Shown here: positions 17,308-26,860 of the stretch, in pieces
Position numbering within the stretch: the stretch's first letter is position 1
How the letters are laid out: each line of letters starts with the position of its first letter
Origin: Nitrososphaerota archaeon
Lineage (GTDB): Archaea > Thermoproteota > Nitrososphaeria_A > Caldarchaeales > Calditenuaceae
Direction: 5' to 3'
NCBI GenBank assembly: GCA_033581555.1
Contig: JAVQSZ010000005.1
Span: 64,001-128,000, forward strand
Length of the DNA: 64,000 nucleotides
The notes under the pieces: model-generated
Database searches by the model: none
Told to the model about the DNA's origin: nothing
Seen by the model: only the letters and a program-made list of their open reading frames with translations
Position numbers and translations under genes: made by a program

Positions 17308-18639
17308 TTGCAGGACGACGTGGTCAGCGTCACCAGGGCCCACCTCTTCGGGACCTGGAGGAAGCAGAGGGGGTGGACGCCCCTCAATGCCGTGAAGGGA
17401 GAGGGCTGCTACGTCCTCGACGCCTCGGGGAGGTCGATCCTGGACTTCTCCTCGATGCTGGTCTGCGTCAACCTCGGGTACTCGAACAGGGCGATAGCCG
17501 AAGCCGTAGCGTCGCAGATAGGCACGCTGCCTTACGTGATCCCCTCCATGACCACCGTCGTGAAGGCCGAGGTCGCCCGGCTCCTGAAGGAGGTCCTGCC
17601 CGAGGGCCTCGAGAAGTTCTTCTTCTCGACTTCAGGGACAGACGCGGTAGAGGCCGCGATCAAGATCGCGAGGCTCAAGACCGGCAGGCCCAAAATCCTC
17701 TCGAGGTACTTCTCCTACCACGGGTCCACGAGCGGCTCGATCGCGGCCAGCGGCGAGGTGAGGAGGTGGTTCGTCGAGCACTTCGGGAAGGCCGGAGACG
17801 TCGTCTTCGCACCGCCGCCTTACTGCTACAGGTGCCCGTTCAAGCTGAAGTACCCCGAGTGCGGCATCGCCTGCGTCGAGGTGATCGACCACATCATCAA
17901 GAACGAGTTCGGGATAGCCGGGATCATCTTCGAGCCTGTGGTGGGCACGAACGGCGTGATAGTCCCTCCCGAGGGTTACATGGAGAGGCTACAGGAAATA
18001 GCGAGGGAGAACGACGTCCTCCTCATCGACGACGAGGTGATGACGGGATGGTTCAGGACCGGGAAGTGGTTCGCGGTCGAGCACTGGGGCGTCAAGCCCG
18101 ACATACTCGTCACCGCGAAGGGTCTCACCTCCGCGTACGTCCCGCTCGCGCTCACAGCAGTCAGCAGGGAGATCGCGGAGCACTTCGAGGACAACTTCTT
18201 CGCGCACGGCCACACCTACGAGGCTCATCCGGTGGGGCTGGCGGCCGCTAAGGCAGCGATCCAGGAGTACAGGAGGCTCAGGATCTGGGAGAACGTCGAG
18301 AGGGTCGGGAGGTACTTGGGCAGGAGGCTGAGGGAGCTGGAGGAGAGGCACCGGTCGGTGGGTGAGGTGAGGGGAATCGGGATGTTCTGGGCAATCGACC
18401 TGACCAGGGACAGGAACACGAGGGAACCCTTCAGCGTCTACGCCGATAAGTACGCGGGGAACTCGACGATGGCCGAGAGGTTGGCGGCAGAAGCGCTCAA
18501 GCGCGGAGTCTACCTCCTCGGCTACGTCAACAACCTCGTGATCGCCCCTCCCCTCATCGCCACCGAGGCCGACGTCGACAGGGGAGTTGATGTCCTGGAC
18601 GAGGTCCTCAGGGTCTCGGACCAGGAGGCGAGGGGCTGA
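17308..18639 (+). CDS. Class III PLP-dependent aminotransferase
   Basis: SGTDAVEAAIK, SYHGST, DDEVMTGWFRTG, AKGLTS, HGHTY. Confidence 0.9.
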   Translation: MQDDVVSVTRAHLFGTWRKQRGWTPLNAVKGEGCYVLDASGRSILDFSSMLVCVNLGYSNRAIAEAVASQIGTLPYVIPSMTTVVKAEVARLLKEVLPEGLEKFFFSTSGTDAVEAAIKIARLKTGRPKILSRYFSYHGSTSGSIAASGEVRRWFVEHFGKAGDVVFAPPPYCYRCPFKLKYPECGIACVEVIDHIIKNEFGIAGIIFEPVVGTNGVIVPPEGYMERLQEIARENDVLLIDDEVMTGWFRTGKWFAVEHWGVKPDILVTAKGLTSAYVPLALTAVSREIAEHFEDNFFAHGHTYEAHPVGLAAAKAAIQEYRRLRIWENVERVGRYLGRRLRELEERHRSVGEVRGIGMFWAIDLTRDRNTREPFSVYADKYAGNSTMAERLAAEALKRGVYLLGYVNNLVIAPPLIATEADVDRGVDVLDEVLRVSDQEARG

Positions 18640-18641
18640 GC

Positions 18642-19571
18642 TCAACCGATCGATATCATCAGGTACGAGACCACTATCGAGACGTAGATCAGGGAGAAGG
18701 AGATGAGGGCGGCCACGTGCCACCTCATCCTCCTGACGTAGGAGAGGCCGGCCGCGAAGACGAGGAACGAACCCACCTGGGAGACCACTAGGACCAGGTT
18801 CGCGGTGACGCTGTTCGGGAGCGGGAAGGTAGCCTCGAACTGCCCGAGCCTCATGACCCTATCGACGAAGGCCGCAGCGGGGTAGAGCGACATCGGGAGG
18901 AGCCCGAGCGGCAACAGGGCCAGCATCTGCCTCCACTGACCCCCGAACGTGATCAGCGACGCGAGGAGGCCCTTCACCCCCTTGAACCTGTCGGGCGTCC
19001 GGCCCGAGAGCCGCTCGTAGAGCTCCGAGAGGGCCGAGAAGTACCCGTAGGTGAGGAGGGCCGTGGCCGCGAGGCATACCGCGAGCCCGTCGACTGAGAA
19101 GTGCCTGAACTTGTAGACGTGGAGTATCAGGAGGACGAACTTGCCGTTGAGCAGGAGCGCCACTAGCACCGCCGCGGAGAGGGCCGCCGTCAGCGCCCCG
19201 AACCTCGGCCTTTCGACGAAAGGGCTGATCAGCCACGTGGGGACGAAGACCTGGCTCAGCAGCTCAATTGCCCTGCTCCGCCTCTGGTCAATCTCCTCGA
19301 ACGAGAGGTCTTCCCTCGTCTTGAGGTACCTATAGACCTGCTCCCCAAGCTTGGTGAGGACGTAGTTCCGCTTGTCGTCCTGAGCGACGAGGTCCCTCAG
19401 CTGCCTGAGGTTGTAGTAGAGGGAGCCCGTGCTTATCCCGAGCTTCTCCCTCAAGGCCACCGCGCCTATCTTCCCGGAGTCGCCGACGACCTCGATGATC
19501 CTCCGCCTTATGCGGTGCCGGAGCAGCCACAAGAGCTCCCTCTCGTCGATGCCTTCGGCCAAAATCTTCAC
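18642..19571 (-). CDS. Winged-helix DNA-binding domain fused to a multi-pass membrane domain
   Basis: LRHRIRRRIIEVVG...LGISTGSLYYNLRQL...YVLTKLG followed by about five hydrophobic helices. Confidence 0.78.
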   Translation of the reverse strand: MKILAEGIDERELLWLLRHRIRRRIIEVVGDSGKIGAVALREKLGISTGSLYYNLRQLRDLVAQDDKRNYVLTKLGEQVYRYLKTREDLSFEEIDQRRSRAIELLSQVFVPTWLISPFVERPRFGALTAALSAAVLVALLLNGKFVLLILHVYKFRHFSVDGLAVCLAATALLTYGYFSALSELYERLSGRTPDRFKGVKGLLASLITFGGQWRQMLALLPLGLLPMSLYPAAAFVDRVMRLGQFEATFPLPNSVTANLVLVVSQVGSFLVFAAGLSYVRRMRWHVAALISFSLIYVSIVVSYLMISIG

Positions 19572-19676
19572 ACCTACGGGTCACCGCGTCCGCTGGATAT
19601 TTACCGTTTATTCGGCGGGAGCTTCACGGCGGAGCTTCGCATGACCTTAAGAGAAGGCGCTGGGCCTGCACTTCGG

Positions 19677-20783
19677 ATGAAGGACGACGGGCCCGAGAAG
19701 TCGGTCTACAGGGCCGACAAGGAGAAGGAGAAGGTCCTCAGGGAGCTGAAGGCGCTCGGGACCAGGATAGTCAACGACCTGAAGAGGGGGAGATGGCCCT
19801 CGGTCGAGCTGCCGTTGAGGACGACCAAGAACATCGTCTACGACGCGGACCTCAGGCAGTACGTCCTCGGACCGAAGAAGGCGGTCAGAACCCTGAGCAA
19901 CATCAGGCACGTCAGGCCCTTCGCGCAGATGGTGTGGCTGATGAAGTTCTCAAAGCAGCTGATCGAGTCGGGGAAGACCTCGACACTCAGGGACACGTAC
20001 TACGTCGCGCTGGGCGAGAACGTCGACTTCGAGGACCAGGACGAAAGCGACGACATCATCTTGGAGCTCGAGAGCGTGCTGGGTCACCCGAGGGAGGACT
20101 TCAACATCTTCCCGGAGGAGAGGGCCTCGATATACGGGGACCTCGTGATCGAGTACACCGTCCCCGGTTTCAGGGGCAACAGGGTCGACCTATCTACGCA
20201 CCCGGACGGGTATGCGATAGGCCCGGCCCTCACGACCGCCGAGTTCGTCAGGTGCGGGGCCGAGATGGTCTTCGTGATCGAGAAGGGCGCGGTCTTCAGC
20301 AGGTTCGTCGAGGAGAGGGCCGACAAGAAGTTCAAGGCGCTGCTGATCCACACCGCGGGCCAGTCTCCGAGGAACTGCAGGAAGCTGATCAGGAGGCTGA
20401 GGGAGGAGCTGGACCTCCCAATCTACGTCTTCGCCGACGCCGACCCCTACGGCGTCCACATAGCCTCGGTCCTAATCCACGGCTCCGCGCTCTCCGCCCA
20501 CATCAAGCAGCTCAACGTCCCCGACGCGATCTGGGCAGGCGTCTACGCCACGGACATCACGAAGTACAAGCTGCCCTCGATGAAGTTCACTGACGTCGAC
20601 GAGAAGAGGCTCTCTGAGCTCCTGGAGGACCCCAGGTACCAGGCCGACCCGTGGAGAAGGGAGGTGAAGTACTTCGAGAAGCTGAAGAGGAAGGCGGAGC
20701 TCGAGGCCTTCTCGAAGTACGGGCTCGAGTTCATCGTGAAGGACTTCCTCCCGGAGAGGCTCGCGGAGCTCCAGAAGCGGTGA
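19677..20783 (+). CDS. top6A: DNA topoisomerase VI subunit A
   Basis: STLRDTYY (catalytic Tyr), Toprim IEKGAVF and DADPYG, KAELEAF; start ATG 19677 behind a TATA-like CTTAAG. Confidence 0.93.
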   Translation: MKDDGPEKSVYRADKEKEKVLRELKALGTRIVNDLKRGRWPSVELPLRTTKNIVYDADLRQYVLGPKKAVRTLSNIRHVRPFAQMVWLMKFSKQLIESGKTSTLRDTYYVALGENVDFEDQDESDDIILELESVLGHPREDFNIFPEERASIYGDLVIEYTVPGFRGNRVDLSTHPDGYAIGPALTTAEFVRCGAEMVFVIEKGAVFSRFVEERADKKFKALLIHTAGQSPRNCRKLIRRLREELDLPIYVFADADPYGVHIASVLIHGSALSAHIKQLNVPDAIWAGVYATDITKYKLPSMKFTDVDEKRLSELLEDPRYQADPWRREVKYFEKLKRKAELEAFSKYGLEFIVKDFLPERLAELQKR

Positions 20784-20819
20784 GTTATTAGGCCGGCGGG
20801 ACGATCGCACGTCAGGGTA

Positions 20820-21629
20820 TTGGTGCTGAGGTTCGCGGGCGAGAGGCCGGCGGTCCTGATAGAGAGCTCGGGGAGGAGGTACCTGCTGGTCACGGACGTC
20901 CACCTCGGCTACGAGCTGGAGCTCGCGGCTAAGGGCGTAAGGGTCCCTCCTCAGGCCCCTAAGGTCACCAGGCAACTGCTCGAGCTGGGCGAGGAGTCTG
21001 GAGCCGAGGTGCTGGTCCTCTTGGGAGACATCAAGCACAGGGTCACCGGAGTCAGCTGGAGTGAGGAGGTGGGCGTGAGGACGATGCTCTCAGAGCTAAG
21101 CAGGAGGTTCGAGGAGGTGGTGGTCCTCCCTGGGAACCACGACGCGGGCATCTCGGAGCTCGCGAAGGACACGGCGAGGCTCGCGGGGAGCAGGGGCATC
21201 AGGATCGGGGGCTACTGGGTGATGCACGGCCACACCTGGCCCCTCCCCGAGTCGCTGGACGTCGACGCCTACGTCATCGGACACACTCACCCGACCGCGG
21301 TGATCAGGACGCCCGAGGGGGACCTCAGAATGAGGGTGAACCTGGTCCTGAAGGGCTCGAGGTCCAGGCTCGCGAGGGCGATCGCCGAGAGGCCCGGTTA
21401 CGCCGAGGTCCTCGAGGTGATGAGGCCGAGGGGGACGGTCAAGCTGCTAGTGCTCGCGCACTTCAGCCCCATGGCTCCCGGCGTCGACGTGGCGGAGCTC
21501 CCCGGTTCGCGGAGGACCAGCCCGCTTTTGAGGTCCGGCGCCTTCGACGTCGCGGAGGCCGAAGTCCTGAGCACGTCGGGCGAGCTGCTCGGGAGGTTGA
21601 CGGAGCTTGGGGTCGAGGAGGAGGCTTGA
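20820..21629 (+). CDS. Calcineurin-like metallophosphoesterase
   Basis: DVHLG, GDIKH, GNHD, HGH, GHTHP. Confidence 0.88.
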   Translation: MVLRFAGERPAVLIESSGRRYLLVTDVHLGYELELAAKGVRVPPQAPKVTRQLLELGEESGAEVLVLLGDIKHRVTGVSWSEEVGVRTMLSELSRRFEEVVVLPGNHDAGISELAKDTARLAGSRGIRIGGYWVMHGHTWPLPESLDVDAYVIGHTHPTAVIRTPEGDLRMRVNLVLKGSRSRLARAIAERPGYAEVLEVMRPRGTVKLLVLAHFSPMAPGVDVAELPGSRRTSPLLRSGAFDVAEAEVLSTSGELLGRLTELGVEEEA

Positions 21630-21930
21630 GCCCGAGGAGGAGGCGAGGAGGCTCGCGGAGGAGGGAAGGGTCAAGCGGTACGTCTTCAGGCCGAGCGGCC
21701 GCGTCGTCTGGGTCGTGGTGGGCAGGAGGAGGGAGTACATCGTGATGCCCGAGGTGAACTACTGCACCTGCGACGACTACTACTTCAGGGTGATCAAGGG
21801 TCAGAAGCCCTCTTGCTACCACATAGCAGCCGTGAGGACCGCGATCTCGGAGGGGAGCTACGTCGATGTCGAGGAGGAGGACAGGTGGTTCTGGCACCTC
21901 CTCGACGAGTGGCTCGATTGGAGCGGGTGA
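21607..21930 (+). CDS. SWIM zinc-finger protein
   Basis: YCTCDDYYFR...CYHIAA. Confidence 0.82.
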   Translation: MGSRRRLEPEEEARRLAEEGRVKRYVFRPSGRVVWVVVGRRREYIVMPEVNYCTCDDYYFRVIKGQKPSCYHIAAVRTAISEGSYVDVEEEDRWFWHLLDEWLDWSG

Positions 21931-22451
21931 GCGCGCTCCGCGTAAGTCCGTGAGGAGCGAGGCCCCTCGGGTCCGGCAGAGAACCCCTTTTCGGGCCCTT
22001 CGGCCCCTTTGTAATCCCCGGGCCTCACCTTCCAGACCCAGACGAAGCTCGTGAGGAGGTTGACTGAGAAGGCGACCACGACCGCAAGGAAGTACGCGAC
22101 GAGGTGGTTCACCAGCAGGACCTTGTTCAGCAGGTAGAAGGTCGCGAGGTTGACCGCGATGCTCCCGACCCTCGAGGCGTGGAACTTCAACAGCCTGGCC
22201 GCGAACCCGTTGTTCGGGTCTCCGCCTGCGCCGAAGGTCCACCTGTCGTTGATGAGGAAGTTCGCGACGAGCGTGACCTCCGTGACTAGGGCAGCGCTGA
22301 GGAAGGACTCCGCGCCGAGCAGGTCCACCATCCCGAACATCATCGCCTCCGCGAGGACGAGCGTCGCGACCCCTACCGTCACAAACCTGTACGTCCTCCG
22401 GTCCCTAAGGAGCGCGAGCCCGTAGGACCAGGCGACCCTGAGGGCCCTCAA
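21858..22451 (-). CDS. GtrA-family membrane protein
   Basis: RFVTVG...NFLINDRWTF...LLKFH...SFVWVW; TTG start at 22451 overlaps the nfo stop; low-complexity C-terminal tail. Confidence 0.8.
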   Translation of the reverse strand: MRALRVAWSYGLALLRDRRTYRFVTVGVATLVLAEAMMFGMVDLLGAESFLSAALVTEVTLVANFLINDRWTFGAGGDPNNGFAARLLKFHASRVGSIAVNLATFYLLNKVLLVNHLVAYFLAVVVAFSVNLLTSFVWVWKVRPGDYKGAEGPEKGFSAGPEGPRSSRTYAERAHPLQSSHSSRRCQNHLSSSSTST

Positions 22452-23299
22452 CCCGCGGGCCCCTCGTAGAGCGACCTGAGCACGCCTAGGTCCCTGGAGT
22501 AGTCGCCGCGCTCGTCCTCGGGCGTCTCGATGATCATCGGGAGCCTCCTGAGCTTCGGGTGGTTGATTATCCTCCTGAAACCTTCCTTCCCGATGTTGCC
22601 CAGGCCGATGTGCTCGTGCCTGTCGAGCCTGCTCCCGAGCCCTCCCTTCGAGTCGTTGAGGTGGAGGACCTTGAGTTCTCTGATCCCGACCAGCTCGTCG
22701 AAAGACCTGAGGGTCTCCTCGAGGCCGGTCGCGGACCTGACGTCGTAGCCGGCTGCGTAGAGGTGGCAGGTGTCGAGGCAGACTCCCACCCGATCCCCGA
22801 ACGAGAGCCTCCCGAGGATCTCCTTGATCTCCTCGAACCTCGAGCCGATGCTCCCCCTCTGACCAGCCATGTTCTCGAGGAGGAGCACGCACTTCGGGTC
22901 GGCCTCGCCGATCGCCCTCTCGACGGCCCTAACGACCTGAGACGTTCCGACCTCAACTCCCTTCCCGAGGTGGCTCCCGATGTGGCAGACGAGGTACTCG
23001 ATGCCGAGCGCGTCGCACCTCCTCAGCTCCTCGACGAGCGACCTGACCGACCTCTCCCACCCCTCCTTCACCGGCGAGGCGATGTTCGGGAGGTACGGCA
23101 TGTGGGCTACGACGACCTCGTACCGCGCCTCTCTCCTCCGCCTCCTGAACTCCTCGACCTCCTCGTCCCTCAGCTTCCCGGCCCTCCAGCCCCTGGGGTT
23201 CCTCGTGAAGATCTGGAACGTCGTACACCCGAGCTCCTGGGCCCTATCGACCGACTTCGCGATCGACCCTGCTATGGAGACGTGCGCGCCTAGCAGCAT
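22448..23299 (-). CDS. nfo: Endonuclease IV
   Basis: GAHVSIAG, FQIFTRNPR, HMPYLPN, LENMAG, CLDTCH, HLNDSK, DRHEHIG, ETP. Confidence 0.95.
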   Translation of the reverse strand: MLLGAHVSIAGSIAKSVDRAQELGCTTFQIFTRNPRGWRAGKLRDEEVEEFRRRRREARYEVVVAHMPYLPNIASPVKEGWERSVRSLVEELRRCDALGIEYLVCHIGSHLGKGVEVGTSQVVRAVERAIGEADPKCVLLLENMAGQRGSIGSRFEEIKEILGRLSFGDRVGVCLDTCHLYAAGYDVRSATGLEETLRSFDELVGIRELKVLHLNDSKGGLGSRLDRHEHIGLGNIGKEGFRRIINHPKLRRLPMIIETPEDERGDYSRDLGVLRSLYEGPAG

Positions 23300-23356
23300 C
23301 CACGATCACCGGTCCCCCAGACCATAAATGCTTGTCCCGTCGGCCTGAACCGGTCC

Positions 23357-25069
23357 TCAAAGCAGGAGCGGGATCAGGAACGACGACACCATCAGCGCGA
23401 GGTAGACCGCGATCGACCTCTGCGTCAACCTGGAGAGCCTCTCGAGCGCGTTGCCGCTGAGGGCCGGGACCTCCCTGTGGGCCACCTCGACGACCGAGAC
23501 ATCGGCCTCCTCCAACGACCCCACGGCCCTCCTCGCGAGCCTCTTCAGCCTCTCCGCGACCTCCCCAGCGCCCACCGCCTCCCCTATCGTCCTGTAGCCC
23601 CTTCCGCCGAGACTGACGCCGTTCACCGCGTGCGTGTCGGTAGTGAGGAACTCCACCGCGTCCCAGCCCTCCTCCCTCACGGCCTCGACGACCGCGGGCC
23701 TCACCTCGGGCAGAGCGTTGTTCCCGTCGACCACCGCCATCGCGAGCCTGTACCCGTTCACCTCGAGCCCGAAGACCGAGAGCCCCGAGGGCCCCATTCC
23801 GTCGGTCGGTCCGATGTCCTCGGGCACCTCCCTGGCCAGCGCCACTCTCGGCCTGCCGGTCACCCGGTCAGAGCGGCCTACGAACAGCTCGAGCGCAGCC
23901 CTGATTCTGGAGAGCTCCCGATCGGAGAGGCCGTTGTAGCCGTCCATGAAGGAGTTGTGCGGGTCGATCACCCTGACGCCCACGCCGGAGAAGGGCTCCT
24001 CGAGGGACTTGGGGAAGTCCTCCATCGGCATCGGGTGGAGCGTGGCCACGACGAACGTCCTCCCGCAGGCCTCGAAGCCCGTCACCGTGACGCCGTCGAC
24101 CTCGCGCTGGGGCAGGATCGACGCGGTCCGGGAAGGAGTTCCTTTGTGACTCGCGACGGTGTCCGCGACCTCGGTCACGACCCTCATCACGGAGCCCGAG
24201 TCGGCGACGTCCGCGTCGTGCCCTGCGCACCCCTTCACCACCAGGGCCTCGACGCCGCGCCTCGAGAGCTCCAGCTCGACCTGGTAGTTCAGCATCGAGC
24301 TCCCGACGTTCCTGAAGGGTCCGAAGTGGAAGTCGGTCACGACCAGAGCTAGCCTCCTTCCGGAGGAGGTCCTGAAGACCACCGCGGTCGACGCGAAGTC
24401 CCTCCTCCCCGAGAGGTGCACCAGCTCCCGCTCGAGGTGGCCCGAGTCTCCCGCGAGGACCGTCCTCGCGAAGCCCCTCGCTAGCCTGAGGGGCGTGGTC
24501 CCGGAGAAGCCAGTGGAGAGCGCTGCTAACGAGGCGGCGGGCGCGAGGAGCGTAGCGGCGAGCGAGACAACGACCTGGTAGTGGAGCTCGGGCCGCGGCA
24601 GCGCGACCGAGTACCTCACTAGAGCCTCGGCCACGCCGGCGGCGTAGCCCCTGATGGGCCCCTCAAAAGCCGCGAGGACCGTGACCCTGACGTACCCGGA
24701 GAGCGAGACCGACGCGAGATAGGCCTTCCAGGTCCCCTGATCGCCCTGGGCTAGGACCGAGTAGCCCGTGCCCGCCAGGGAGGCCGCGAGCCCGAAGTAG
24801 TTCTCGAGGAGGGTGAGCATGTTGAGCCTCCTGAGCGTGACCACCCTCGACCCCGCGTAAAAGGTCCTCGAGGAGACCAGGTTGACGACCATCGGGAGGA
24901 TGGCCATCGACGAGGCCCAGGCGACCAGTTCGGTCGGGGAGAGGGCGGCCAGCTCGACGACCAGCGCGGTCACGAGGGCCGTCGCGAGGACCAAAAGGGG
25001 GGCGAAGTCTGCGCCTGGGGGCCTGAAGAGGAACCTGTACTTAGATGCGATCCCCGAGGCGTCGACCAA
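23357..25069 (-). CDS. DUF2070-family membrane protein
   Basis: N-terminal transmembrane helices, HFGPFRNVGSS, DPHNS, DGNN, TTDTH. Confidence 0.78.
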   Translation of the reverse strand: MVDASGIASKYRFLFRPPGADFAPLLVLATALVTALVVELAALSPTELVAWASSMAILPMVVNLVSSRTFYAGSRVVTLRRLNMLTLLENYFGLAASLAGTGYSVLAQGDQGTWKAYLASVSLSGYVRVTVLAAFEGPIRGYAAGVAEALVRYSVALPRPELHYQVVVSLAATLLAPAASLAALSTGFSGTTPLRLARGFARTVLAGDSGHLERELVHLSGRRDFASTAVVFRTSSGRRLALVVTDFHFGPFRNVGSSMLNYQVELELSRRGVEALVVKGCAGHDADVADSGSVMRVVTEVADTVASHKGTPSRTASILPQREVDGVTVTGFEACGRTFVVATLHPMPMEDFPKSLEEPFSGVGVRVIDPHNSFMDGYNGLSDRELSRIRAALELFVGRSDRVTGRPRVALAREVPEDIGPTDGMGPSGLSVFGLEVNGYRLAMAVVDGNNALPEVRPAVVEAVREEGWDAVEFLTTDTHAVNGVSLGGRGYRTIGEAVGAGEVAERLKRLARRAVGSLEEADVSVVEVAHREVPALSGNALERLSRLTQRSIAVYLALMVSSFLIPLLL

Positions 25070-25132
25070 CCCGGCCGGCCACGAAGAGCGCTCACTATAT
25101 CCATGACGTCACCGCCCCCGCAGTGAGTCAGA

Positions 25133-26860
25133 TCACTTCAGCGGGTGTCCCTTCAGGTCTATGACGGGCTTCGGCGAGAAGCCAGGGGGGTATATCGTCT
25201 CCTCGAGCGGCCTGCCGGGAGGGACCATCGGGAAGACCTTCTCGTCCCTGCTGACCGGGACGTCCAGGACCAGGGCCTGCTCGCTCCTGATGGCCCTCCT
25301 GACGTGGGAGACCAGCTCGCCGTAGTCCTGGACGAAGTGGGCCTCCACCCCGAACGCCTCCGAGAGCTTGACGAGGTTCGTGACGTCGGTGAAGTCGACG
25401 TCCTTGAACCTCCTCTTATAGAAGAGGTCCTGCCACTGCCTGACCATCCCGAGGCTCCTGTTGTCGAAGACCACCGTGATCACGGGGACGTCGTTCTCGG
25501 CCACGTTCGCGAGCGTCTGGCAGGTCATCAGGAAGCTACCGTCGCCGTCGAGGTTCATGACCACCCTGTTCGGCGCTGCGACCTTCGCCCCGAACGCCGC
25601 CGGGAGCCCGAAGCCCATCGTACCGAGCCCGGCGCTGGTGATGAACGTCCCCGGCTCGAGGACCTTGTAGAAGAGCTGGGCCCACATCTGGTGCTGCCCG
25701 ACGCCGGTCGTCACGATCGCGGACCTCGGGAGCTCGTCCCTGAGGAGCTTGACGACCCTCCAGGAGGATAGCGCACCGGAGTCGTCCTGGGAGAGCATGT
25801 ACTCGTCGTAGGCGGCACCGATCCCCTTCAGCCTCGGTATCCAACCGGGGTCCACGTCGGACCTCCCCGACCTGATCGCCCTCAGGAGCGACCTCAGCGC
25901 AGCCTTGCAGTCCGCCTGGACGAAGACGTCGGGCCTGACGACCTTCGAGTTCTCCGAGGAGTCAACGTCGACATGTATCAGGGCCTTGCCCTTCCTGAAC
26001 TCGCTCGCGGGGCCAATGGCCCTATCCGAGAGCCTCGTACCCACCGCGATCACGAGGTCCGCCTCCACCATCGCGAGGTTCGCCTCGACCCTCCCGTGCA
26101 TCCCCACCACGCCGAGCACGTTCATGTGGTCCTCGGGTACGGAGGTCTTCCCGGGCGTGGTTGTCACCACAGGGGCCAGGATCCTCTCGGAGAGCTCGAG
26201 GACTTCGTCAGTGGCGCCGCTCGACCAGACCCCTCCGCCAACGAGTATCAGCGGCCTCCTCGACCTGGCGATCAGCTCCGCGGCCCTCGAGACCGCTTCC
26301 TCGCTCGGCTCCGTCGGCGTCCTCGCGAAGCCCGGCTCGGGCTCGACCGTCAGCTCCTCGCCCACTTCCTCTTGGAAGACGTCCCTTGGAACGTCGACCA
26401 GTGTCGGGCCCGCCCGCGGAGACGCGGCGCAGAAGTAGGCGTTCACGAACTCCTGGGGGAGCCTCTCGGACCGGAGTACGGTCGTCGCGTACTTAACGTG
26501 CGGCAGGACCATGCTCACGATGTCCGACTCCTGGAACGCGTCGGTGCCCATGAAGGGCCTCGTCACCTGCCCGGTTACAGCGACGAGGGGCGCGCTGTCC
26601 ATCGAGGCGTTCACCAGCCCCGTGATCAGGTTCGTGGCCCCCGGTCCCGAGGTCGCGGACGCGATCCCGGGCCTCCTCTTCACCCTGGCGTACCCCTCTG
26701 CCGCGTGGGCAGCTTGCTGCTCGTGCCTCATCAGGTAGCTCCTGATCTCCGAGTCGAGGAGCGCGTCGTAGAAGGGGAGGTTCGCGCCCCCGGGTATCCC
26801 GAAGACAGCCTCGACCCCGAGCTCCTCCATCGTCCTCACGAGCTTCTTGGCCGCGTTCAG
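25133..26860 (-). CDS. ilvB: Acetolactate synthase large subunit
   Basis: FGIPGG, RHEQ, TSGPGATN, GTDAFQE, GLGTMGFG, DGDGSF, LGMVRQWQ. Start inferred at CTG 26860 (M-NAAKKLVRTM). Confidence 0.93.
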   Translation of the reverse strand: MNAAKKLVRTMEELGVEAVFGIPGGANLPFYDALLDSEIRSYLMRHEQQAAHAAEGYARVKRRPGIASATSGPGATNLITGLVNASMDSAPLVAVTGQVTRPFMGTDAFQESDIVSMVLPHVKYATTVLRSERLPQEFVNAYFCAASPRAGPTLVDVPRDVFQEEVGEELTVEPEPGFARTPTEPSEEAVSRAAELIARSRRPLILVGGGVWSSGATDEVLELSERILAPVVTTTPGKTSVPEDHMNVLGVVGMHGRVEANLAMVEADLVIAVGTRLSDRAIGPASEFRKGKALIHVDVDSSENSKVVRPDVFVQADCKAALRSLLRAIRSGRSDVDPGWIPRLKGIGAAYDEYMLSQDDSGALSSWRVVKLLRDELPRSAIVTTGVGQHQMWAQLFYKVLEPGTFITSAGLGTMGFGLPAAFGAKVAAPNRVVMNLDGDGSFLMTCQTLANVAENDVPVITVVFDNRSLGMVRQWQDLFYKRRFKDVDFTDVTNLVKLSEAFGVEAHFVQDYGELVSHVRRAIRSEQALVLDVPVSRDEKVFPMVPPGRPLEETIYPPGFSPKPVIDLKGHPLK

